The notes beneath the pieces were generated by a model. It worked only from the letters and a program-made list of their open reading frames with translations. It had not been told where the DNA came from and searched no databases. A program made the position numbers and the translations under genes. From the NCBI GenBank assembly GCA_964620245.1, contig CAZUJC010000002.1:68-64067 (forward strand): a stretch of 64,000 nt of DNA, read 5' to 3'. Of this stretch, positions 55,470 through 62,488 are shown one piece after another (position 1 is the first letter of the stretch; every line of letters begins with the position of its first letter). Origin of the DNA: an uncultured Pseudomonadota bacterium. GTDB lineage: Bacteria > Babelota > Babeliae > Babelales > JACPOV01.

Positions 55470-56762
55470 TTAAATCTTGATGGTTAAAATTTCATGCCAG
55501 TTAGTTGTATACGCAGGAGTTTTCTTTTCTTGTTTATTTTTCCACGATTGTGTAGTACCCGCTACTGCATATGAAACTTTATTTTTACCCAATTTTGAAT
55601 TGATTGTATCAATTGTTTGCATGAGTCGTATTTGTTTTTCACTATTGTGTGGAAATGGCGCAAAGCCATTCATTTGAATAGTGTCTGCGGGAACAAAATC
55701 ATCGAGAATTATACCCACCTTTTTGTAAATAGATCCTTTTTTGAATAATTTTTCCAAACATACCGTTGCAGCCCACAGTAGAGTGGGAGTATATGATGTT
55801 GCAATAGGTAATTGAAACTGACATGAATTGTATTGTCGCGTATTATCGTGATAACTGATAAAACAAGTAAAAACAATTATTTGTTGTGCGCACATTGATT
55901 GTTTGCGGAGTTTTTCGGCTGCGGTAATTGTATGCGTGGCTAATCCTTCTTTAAGCTCAGTGAGTTCAGTAACATTTCGGCCAAACAATCGAGAAACGGT
56001 GATCGATTGTTTTGGATCTGGTTGTTGTAAATCAAGACATTCAACGCCTTTTAATTCTAATAAAGTGCGTAATCCATTAATGGTAAAGTTTTTTCGCACC
56101 CACTTTTCATCACAATTTTTAAAATCGTATGCTGTTGTAATGCCACGTGCATACAATTTTTTGCTGTAGCGGTAGCCAATTCCCCAAATGTCGGCAACGT
56201 TGATCGATTTTAATATATCATCGATATGTGGATGGTGAGTGATGTCAAAGACACCTTCAGGATTTTTTTTTGCGATACCATTTGCGATTTTTGCTAATGT
56301 TTTTGTTGGGCCAATGCCGATTGAAATTGGAATACCAACTTGTTTCTTTACGTGCTGTCGCACAAAATGTGCGTAGCGGGTGTAGTACAGTGCATCGCTG
56401 CTAATACCAGCTGTCGGAGCTGATGGAGGCATAAGGAAAAATGCTTCATCGATTGAATATATTTCAATTTCTGTTGAATAGTGCGTGAGAACTTGCATAA
56501 CCCGCTTTGACAAATCACCATAGAGCGTAAAATTAGATGAATAAACAATCACCCTGTGTTGTTTGAAAATATCGCGACATTCCCATGCCGGTTGACCCAT
56601 TTTAATGCCGATTTTTTTCGCTTCGTTTGATCGTGCAATCACGCACGCATCATTACTCGAAAGAATAACTACTGGTTTGCCATTGAGTTTGGGATCAAAT
56701 ATACGTTCACAGGAGACAAAGAAATTATTGCAATCGGCAAGTGCAAACCGTTTCATGTTCAT
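55470..56762 (-). CDS. umuC: Y-family translesion DNA polymerase, UmuC-like
   Basis: (MN)MKRFALADCNNFFVSCERIFDPKLNGKPVVILSSNDACVIARSNEAKKIGIKMG.. and ..IYSIDEAF.. are canonical UmuC/ImpB blocks. The start abuts the umuD stop. Confidence 0.88.
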   Translation of the reverse strand: MNMKRFALADCNNFFVSCERIFDPKLNGKPVVILSSNDACVIARSNEAKKIGIKMGQPAWECRDIFKQHRVIVYSSNFTLYGDLSKRVMQVLTHYSTEIEIYSIDEAFFLMPPSAPTAGISSDALYYTRYAHFVRQHVKKQVGIPISIGIGPTKTLAKIANGIAKKNPEGVFDITHHPHIDDILKSINVADIWGIGYRYSKKLYARGITTAYDFKNCDEKWVRKNFTINGLRTLLELKGVECLDLQQPDPKQSITVSRLFGRNVTELTELKEGLATHTITAAEKLRKQSMCAQQIIVFTCFISYHDNTRQYNSCQFQLPIATSYTPTLLWAATVCLEKLFKKGSIYKKVGIILDDFVPADTIQMNGFAPFPHNSEKQIRLMQTIDTINSKLGKNKVSYAVAGTTQSWKNKQEKKTPAYTTNWHEILTIKI

Positions 56763-56763
56763 A

Positions 56764-57222
56764 TCACAGTTGATGAATGACAAAGGTGACAACGCCCCAT
56801 ATTTCAAAATCGGTGCTTTTTGTTATCTCGATTGGTTTATAGTTGTCATTATCGGCGAGCAGCATAATTTTATCAGCAGCATACCGGATTCGTTTTACGG
56901 TAAATTCATCATTAATTCGCACAACGACGACTTTATTATTAATTGGTGTGAGTGAACGATCAACTATTAAAATATCGTTTGAGCGTATTCCAGCATCAAT
57001 CATCGAGTCACCAATGACTTTTACAAAAAAAGTTGCTGTTGCATGTTTAATTACAAGATCATTGAGATCCAACGGTTGTTGTATAAAATTTTCAGCAGAA
57101 GAAGGAAATCCTGCAGAAATTAATTCTTGTGCAAAAGGAATTGCGCATTTGGTACGCTGATCAGATGGAAAAATAGAAATAATTTTGATCTTGGCTGGTG
57201 ATGAAATATCGTGTGTTTCCAT
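56764..57222 (-). CDS. umuD: UmuD-like S24 self-cleaving peptidase (LexA/UmuD family, no HTH domain)
   Basis: 152 aa. Candidate Ala-Gly cleavage site LISAGFPS, catalytic Ser in VIGDSMIDAGI and Lys in EFTVKRI. It lies immediately upstream of umuC. Confidence 0.82.
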   Translation of the reverse strand: METHDISSPAKIKIISIFPSDQRTKCAIPFAQELISAGFPSSAENFIQQPLDLNDLVIKHATATFFVKVIGDSMIDAGIRSNDILIVDRSLTPINNKVVVVRINDEFTVKRIRYAADKIMLLADNDNYKPIEITKSTDFEIWGVVTFVIHQL

Positions 57223-57252
57223 ATAGATTTTTCGATAGTATTAGTTTTCTAT

Positions 57253-57262
57253 GAGTATACTC
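57253..57262. promoter_or_regulatory. Perfect 10-bp palindrome GAGTATACTC upstream of umuD (candidate operator overlapping a TATACT -10-like hexamer)
   Basis: Read directly from the sequence. It begins 31 nt upstream of the umuD ATG (57222). No known LexA-box consensus is matched exactly. Confidence 0.3.
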
Positions 57263-57400
57263 CAAATCATAAAAAATTGAATAGAAAATAAAATTATGCT
57301 TTAAATGTTTTTTAGTAATTAAAAAACGGCCAGAGAATGATTTATTTTTTTTGCAAGCGAGAAAAGCTAATAAAAGAGATTGTGCGTTATCTTTTTTCAG

Positions 57401-57430
57401 TTGATCAACCCCTTTAAATCTGCTACATTT
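57401..57430 (+). promoter_or_regulatory. Candidate promoter for tRNA-Leu
   Basis: TTGATC (57401-57406), 18-nt spacer, TACATT (57425-57430), 21 nt upstream of the tRNA 5' end. Confidence 0.25.
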
Positions 57431-57450
57431 CTTCATACATGAAATATGCG

Positions 57451-57537
57451 CCGAAGTGGTGGAATTGGCAGACACGCAGCTTTGAGGGGGCTGTGGGAGA
57501 AATCCTGTAGGGGTTCGAGTCCCCTCTTCGGCACCAG
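57451..57537 (+). tRNA. tRNA-Leu (anticodon GAG), class II with long variable arm
   Basis: 87 nt: acceptor GCCGAAG/CTTCGGC, anticodon arm CAGCT-TTGAGGG-GGCTG (anticodon GAG), long variable arm, T arm GGGG-TTCGAGT-CCCC, and encoded ACCA. It closely resembles E. coli tRNA-Leu. Confidence 0.9.
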
Positions 57538-57560
57538 TCATTTCCTTACGAAATGCCTGG

Positions 57561-57585
57561 TGCAGCCATTAAAAAAATGGCTGCA
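57561..57585 (+). other. Perfect 10-bp hairpin downstream of tRNA-Leu (terminator-like or processing element, no U-tract)
   Basis: TGCAGCCATT (57561-57570), AAAAA loop, AATGGCTGCA (57576-57585). It is followed by GTACATT, not a T-run. Confidence 0.35.
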
Positions 57586-57642
57586 GTACATTAAAAGAGC
57601 ATAAGTAGAGTAGCATTGATACGATTTGACTGAAAGGATAGC

Positions 57643-59223
57643 ATGAACGCTACGATGCGTAATATTTTAGGCACCAGTTTCATTGCGTGGATAATCGCAG
57701 CTGTTTTAGGCCTTGTTTATTTGTTCACATTTGATGGTGGTCGTATTAAATTGCGCCCAGAGCGGGTTAAGTTTGGTATCGATTTAGTAGGTGGTACCTA
57801 TATTACTCTTGAAGTACAAACCGAAAAAGCGATTGAAGTTGAATTGACCGACAAAGTACAGTCGGTGCTAAAGAAAATGGAAGAAGGAGCTCAAGCAGTT
57901 CCAGTTACACAGTCACAAGACAAGGATCGTGTTATTTGGAAATTTAATTCGGTTCAAGATGCACAACAAGCGGTACAGTTTGTTGCAAAAAATGAACAAA
58001 TGTTGGTCGTAACAAGCGCTGAGAACACCGTTGAAATGTCGCTGAGACCAGCAGCTCAAAAAAGAATTCGTGATTGGGCGGTTCAAGGTAACATTGAAGT
58101 ATTGCGCACCCGCTTAGATCGTTTGGGTGTGGGTGAAATTCCGATTGCTTCTCAAGGTGACAAAAATATCGTTATCGAACTTCCAAACGTTGATAATCCT
58201 CAACAAGCAAAAGCGATGATTGGTAAAGCGGCATTGCTTGAAATCAAGTTGGTTGAGCGCGGTGCACCAACTAAAGATGAAATTCTGGATGCTTATGATG
58301 GTGAATTGCCCGAAGGATTTGAAATTATTTCCGGAAAAGAAGAGCGTGAAGGGCATCGCTATTTTTATTTAGTTCCAAAATATACCGATTTAACCGGACG
58401 ATTGTTAAAAGATGCATACACTGGTTTTGGTGGACAAACTCAATCTGAAGTGGTTGTGCATTTCCAATTTAATCCTGAAGGTGGCGAAAAATTCTATGAT
58501 TTAACGCGCCGTAATCACAACCGTCAAATTGCGCTTATTCTCGATAATGAAGTTATTTCTGCTCCACGCATTTCAGTTCCTATTCGTAGTGAAGGGTACA
58601 TTCACGGAAACTTTACTGGTGAATCGGCAAATGAACTGGCGATGTTGCTCAAATCTGGTGCGTTTGTAGCGCCGGTTAAATTTGTAGAAGAGCGACAAAT
58701 TGGTCCTTCACTAGGGCAAGAATCGATCAAGCAAGGATTGATAGCATGTTTGGTTGGTATGGCTCTTCTGCTTTTGTTTAGCATTGTTTTTTACAAAGTG
58801 GCGGGCATTTTTGCATTTGTAACATTGATCTACAATTTGTTAGTAATTCTTATTGCATTGGCTTGGTTGCGAGCAACGCTCACTTTGCCAGGTATTGCAG
58901 GCATGGTACTGACGGTGGGTATGGCAATCGATGCTTCAATTTTGATCTATGAGAAAATTCGAGAAGAACTGGCAGCTGGTGTTGGTTTGAAAAAAGCTGT
59001 TGATACCGGTTTTTCTGATGCAATGTCGGTTATTTTAGATTCAAACATTACCACCTTTATTGTTGGTGTTGTTCTGTATAAATTTGGGACGGGACCAATT
59101 CAAGGGTTTGCGGTTACCATGATGGTTGGTATTCTTGCCACATTGGTTACAGGACTGTTCTTTTTGAGATCAATTTTCAATTTTGTTTTATACACATTGA
59201 GTATTCAAAAACTACCAATTTAG
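57643..59223 (+). CDS. secD: Protein translocase subunit SecD
   Basis: 526 aa. N-terminal TM, large periplasmic domain (..GIDLVGGTYITLEV.., ..VIELPNVDNPQQAKAMIGKAALLE..), then 5 C-terminal TMs with ..LTLPGIAGMVLTVGMAIDASILIYEKIREE... Confidence 0.9.
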   Translation: MNATMRNILGTSFIAWIIAAVLGLVYLFTFDGGRIKLRPERVKFGIDLVGGTYITLEVQTEKAIEVELTDKVQSVLKKMEEGAQAVPVTQSQDKDRVIWKFNSVQDAQQAVQFVAKNEQMLVVTSAENTVEMSLRPAAQKRIRDWAVQGNIEVLRTRLDRLGVGEIPIASQGDKNIVIELPNVDNPQQAKAMIGKAALLEIKLVERGAPTKDEILDAYDGELPEGFEIISGKEEREGHRYFYLVPKYTDLTGRLLKDAYTGFGGQTQSEVVVHFQFNPEGGEKFYDLTRRNHNRQIALILDNEVISAPRISVPIRSEGYIHGNFTGESANELAMLLKSGAFVAPVKFVEERQIGPSLGQESIKQGLIACLVGMALLLLFSIVFYKVAGIFAFVTLIYNLLVILIALAWLRATLTLPGIAGMVLTVGMAIDASILIYEKIREELAAGVGLKKAVDTGFSDAMSVILDSNITTFIVGVVLYKFGTGPIQGFAVTMMVGILATLVTGLFFLRSIFNFVLYTLSIQKLPI

Positions 59224-59239
59224 TATACTAGAAACGATT

Positions 59240-59316
59240 GGCGACGTAGCTCAGTTGGTTAGAGCGGCGGAATCATAATCCGTAGGCCGGAGGTTCGAAT
59301 CCTCTCGTCGCCACCA
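59240..59316 (+). tRNA. tRNA-Met (elongator, anticodon CAU)
   Basis: 77 nt: GGCGACG-TA-GCTC-AGTTGGTTA-GAGC-G-GCGGA-ATCATAA-TCCGT-AGGCC-GGAGG-TTCGAAT-CCTCT-CGTCGCC-ACCA. The acceptor and D arm are very close to E. coli elongator tRNA-Met. The G1-C72 pair excludes an initiator. Confidence 0.85.
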
Positions 59317-59406
59317 GTCTTCGCTTATCAGAGTTTCAGATTGGTTTGATGCAATTGCATTTTTAGGCGAAGAATTGAAAGTTTTTTTGATTAAGGGGAC
59401 AACACA

Positions 59407-59979
59407 ATTTCAATTCATCTACCAATAGCACTGACGCTTGTACGCTTAGTTCTTTCGCCACTTTTATTGCCGTACCTCATTGTGTTATCTGCAAAAGTTC
59501 AAAGTGTTGGACTCAATGCGTTGGTTGCGTGTGTGTTTGTGTTGTTAGCGATAACCGATTTCTTGGATGGTTTTTTTGCGCGGCGTTATAAATTAACTTC
59601 AACAATGGGTGCATTGCTCGATCCGCTTGCAGATAAGTTTTTGCTCTGTGCAGTGTTAATTGTTCTGGTAGCAATCCAGAAAATATATTTTTTATGGGCG
59701 TTAATTTTTTTATTGCGCGAGTTTATCATCATGGGTGTTCGTTCAATGGCGCTTGAATGTGGCTTTTCAGTGCCAGTTTCATGGGCAGGAAAAATTAAAA
59801 CGGTTGTGCAATATAGTTATCTCACTACCGTGTTGCTCAATATGCGTAATCACTTGCAGGTTAATTATCTTGATAGAGTAGAATCAATATTGCTTATTTT
59901 TTCGGTGGTGACAACAATTGTATCTGGCTATTGGTATTGTGCTTCGTTTATTGATCAGTTAAAAAAAGGAAAACGATGA
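59407..59979 (+). CDS. pgsA: CDP-diacylglycerol--glycerol-3-phosphate 3-phosphatidyltransferase; probable non-canonical (ATT) start
   Basis: CDP-alcohol phosphatidyltransferase motif DFLDGFFARRYKLTSTMGALLDPLADK. The conserved N-terminal helix (HLPIALTLVRLVLSP) lies in frame upstream of the ORF-track TTG (59467). It is bounded by a TAA stop at 59392-59394, and no ATG or GTG intervenes. An AAGGGG SD lies 8 nt before the ATT at 59407. Confidence 0.75.
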   Translation: MSIHLPIALTLVRLVLSPLLLPYLIVLSAKVQSVGLNALVACVFVLLAITDFLDGFFARRYKLTSTMGALLDPLADKFLLCAVLIVLVAIQKIYFLWALIFLLREFIIMGVRSMALECGFSVPVSWAGKIKTVVQYSYLTTVLLNMRNHLQVNYLDRVESILLIFSVVTTIVSGYWYCASFIDQLKKGKR

Positions 59980-60554
59980 TATTTCCTTATGTACTATTTT
60001 TTGCACTGAGTTATTTTATTGGCTCTATTTCGCCCGGCGCTTTTTTTGCATGGATGAACGGTGTCGATATTACAAAACAAGGTTCTGGAAGCAGTGGCGC
60101 AACAAATACTGCTCGATCACTTGGCTGGAAATATTTTGTTCTTGTTTTTCTTATTGATTGTTTAAAATCATTTTTATTTCTTTTTTTATTAGCATACAAA
60201 CAGTATCCGATCGCTGAGCAATATTGTGCGGCAGTTGGTCTTCTGGTGGGGAACGTAAGTTCATTATGGCTACAATTTAGAGGTGGCAAAGGCGTTGCAA
60301 CCACTATTGGTATTTTACTTGCGCTTTATCCGCATTCGTTTCTTGTTTTGATACCGTTGTGGCTCATGTTTTTTTTGTTTACCAGAACTATTGGTATTGC
60401 TTCAAGTGGAGCATTTGTTGGATTATGCATTTCAACGCTCAACTTATTTACCACTCAACCGCTTCTTGCAGGATTGATGTTATTTATGGGGGTGCTTGGT
60501 ATCTATCGGCATGTTGATAATATGAAGCGTTATTTGTATGTTGCAAAAGTATAG
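59976..60554 (+). CDS. plsY: Glycerol-3-phosphate acyltransferase PlsY (acyl-phosphate dependent)
   Basis: 192 aa. ..YFIGSISPGAFFAW..GVDITKQGSGSSGATNTAR.LG.... and ..FRGGKGVAT.. are PlsY signature blocks. The start overlaps the pgsA stop (ATGA). Confidence 0.9.
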   Translation: MIFPYVLFFALSYFIGSISPGAFFAWMNGVDITKQGSGSSGATNTARSLGWKYFVLVFLIDCLKSFLFLFLLAYKQYPIAEQYCAAVGLLVGNVSSLWLQFRGGKGVATTIGILLALYPHSFLVLIPLWLMFFLFTRTIGIASSGAFVGLCISTLNLFTTQPLLAGLMLFMGVLGIYRHVDNMKRYLYVAKV

Positions 60555-60580
60555 AAATTATTAGGTTGAAGGAATAAAAT

Positions 60581-62323
60581 ATGCATTTTGAAACGGTAGC
60601 TCAAGAATTTCAGCAGTTAGAAACGACGAGCTCTCGTATTGAAATGACCAAAATTCTTGCTCAGTTATTTAAAAATGCATCGCCACAAGAAATCTCTATT
60701 TTGAGTAATCTGTCTCTCGGTATGCTCCGTCCTCCCTATAAAGGCACCCTATTTAATTTTGCAGAAAAAAATCTAACCGGTGTTGTGGCACACTTACTTA
60801 ATCAGACTGAAAAAGAAGTTGCTGTGCATACAAAAGAATTAGGAGATTTGGGTCTTGTTGTTGCCAAATTTGGCAGATGGAAGCCACACAAAGAGCTTAC
60901 GGTAGAACAAGTGTACCATGCTCTGTGCGATTTTGAACAGGTAAGTGGAAAAGGCTCTCAGGAAGACAAAGCTGATCGTGCATTGAAATTATTAAAAGAG
61001 GTGACTCCCCTCGGGGCAAAGTTTATTATTCGTATTATTTTAGGAACGCTGCGGCTTGGTTTTTCTGATATGACGATTATTGATGCATATTCATGGATGG
61101 AAACAGGTGATAAATCACTGCATACCGCTATTGAAGATGCTTACAATAAATGTGTTGATATTGGCTATATTGGTCAATTGCTTAAAGAGCGCGGCATTAA
61201 AGCGCTCAACAGTATGACAATTGAAGTCGGTATCCCCATTCGTCCTGCGGCTGCTGAACGTTTGCCAACACCAAAGGCAATTATTGATAAAATTGGTTCA
61301 TGTGTTGCGCAACCGAAATTAGACGGTTTTCGCTTGCAAATACACATAGATAATACGCAAAAAAAACCGCGAATCGAGTTTTTTTCACGAAATTTGATTG
61401 ATATGTCACATATGTTTCCGGATTTGGTTGAAGCATTGAGTCATTTACCGGTAAAAACGATGATTTGTGAAGGAGAGGCTATCTCGTTTGATCAAAATAC
61501 CGGTACGTTTCTTCCATTTCAAGAAACAGTAAAACGAAAAAGAAAACATGGCATTGAAGAGGCGATTACTGAATATCCGTTGCGCGTATTCTTGTTTGAT
61601 CTTTTGTATTTAGATGGGCAGGAATATTTGAGTAAATCGCACGAAGAACGTCGCACGAAATTGCTTTCTCTTTGTAAATCTATAAAAAATGAAGCTATTC
61701 AAGTAATTGGGGAAAAGTCGATACATTCGGCACAAGAACTTGAAGATTATTTTTTGCATAATATTGAACAGGGCCTTGAAGGATTAGTGGTAAAAAAACC
61801 TGATGCTATTTATCAGCCGGGCAAGCGCAATTTCAACTGGATTAAGCTCAAAAGACATGAAGAAGGTCACTTGGAAGATACAATTGACTGTGTTGTATTG
61901 GGATACTATTCCGGTTCGGGAAAACGCGTTTCGTTTGGTATGGGCGCATTCTTGGTTGGCGTATACAACAAAGAGCTTGATGCATTTCAAACGGTTGCCA
62001 AGATTGGTACTGGGTTAAAAGATGATGAATGGAAAGAACTCAAGCTTACATGTGATAAAATTCACGTTGCCGCACAACCAAAAAACGTGATTTGTGCTAA
62101 AGAATTAGTGCCCGATGTATGGGTAAGTCCTGATATTGTGTGTATGATTCGTGCTGATGAGATTACCCTTTCTCCCTTGCATAGTGCTGGCAAAACAGAA
62201 AAACATCTGGGGTATGCTTTGCGGTTCCCTCGCTTTATGGGTTATCGACCTGATAAACAGCCTTTTGAGGTTACTTCGGTTACCGAAATTAAACATCTTT
62301 ACGACGACCAATTCAATAAATAA
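60581..62323 (+). CDS. lig: ATP-dependent DNA ligase, three-domain archaeal/eukaryotic Lig1-like type
   Basis: 580 aa. The N-terminal DNA-binding domain (FETVAQEFQQLETTSSRIEMTKILAQLFK.., GKGSQEDKADRALKLLKEVTPLGAKFIIRIILGTLRLG) parallels archaeal ligases. Motif I is AQPKLDGFRLQIH (Lys246, codon 61316-61318), III is EGEAISF, IIIa is FLFDLLYLDG, IV is EGLVVK, V is NWIKLK, and the C-terminus reads ALRFPRFMGYRPDK. Confidence 0.88.
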   Translation: MHFETVAQEFQQLETTSSRIEMTKILAQLFKNASPQEISILSNLSLGMLRPPYKGTLFNFAEKNLTGVVAHLLNQTEKEVAVHTKELGDLGLVVAKFGRWKPHKELTVEQVYHALCDFEQVSGKGSQEDKADRALKLLKEVTPLGAKFIIRIILGTLRLGFSDMTIIDAYSWMETGDKSLHTAIEDAYNKCVDIGYIGQLLKERGIKALNSMTIEVGIPIRPAAAERLPTPKAIIDKIGSCVAQPKLDGFRLQIHIDNTQKKPRIEFFSRNLIDMSHMFPDLVEALSHLPVKTMICEGEAISFDQNTGTFLPFQETVKRKRKHGIEEAITEYPLRVFLFDLLYLDGQEYLSKSHEERRTKLLSLCKSIKNEAIQVIGEKSIHSAQELEDYFLHNIEQGLEGLVVKKPDAIYQPGKRNFNWIKLKRHEEGHLEDTIDCVVLGYYSGSGKRVSFGMGAFLVGVYNKELDAFQTVAKIGTGLKDDEWKELKLTCDKIHVAAQPKNVICAKELVPDVWVSPDIVCMIRADEITLSPLHSAGKTEKHLGYALRFPRFMGYRPDKQPFEVTSVTEIKHLYDDQFNK

Positions 62324-62386
62324 TTCTATCTGAATTATTAAGTGCCATTATTGCTACTATTCAGCCTATTTCGGGCAGATTTCAAA

Positions 62387-62414
62387 TTGACAGTATTCCC
62401 AATATATTTACACT
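62387..62414 (+). promoter_or_regulatory. Candidate sigma70-type promoter for the AAA+ gene
   Basis: Consensus TTGACA (62387-62392), 16-nt spacer, TACACT (62409-62414), about 75 nt upstream of ATG 62489. Confidence 0.3.
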
Positions 62415-62488
62415 TATTATTAGGTAAGAGAAATTAGGGCTGTTGTCAAAACAGCGACTAATAAGCTTTTTAAATGGGGGTTTATTTT

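Noticed and set aside
57161-57541. 126-aa minus-strand ORF
   Set aside because: Its first 29 codons (57451-57537) are the reverse complement of tRNA-Leu, and its 3' end runs about 60 nt over the umuD 5' end in another frame. It has no SD or motif.
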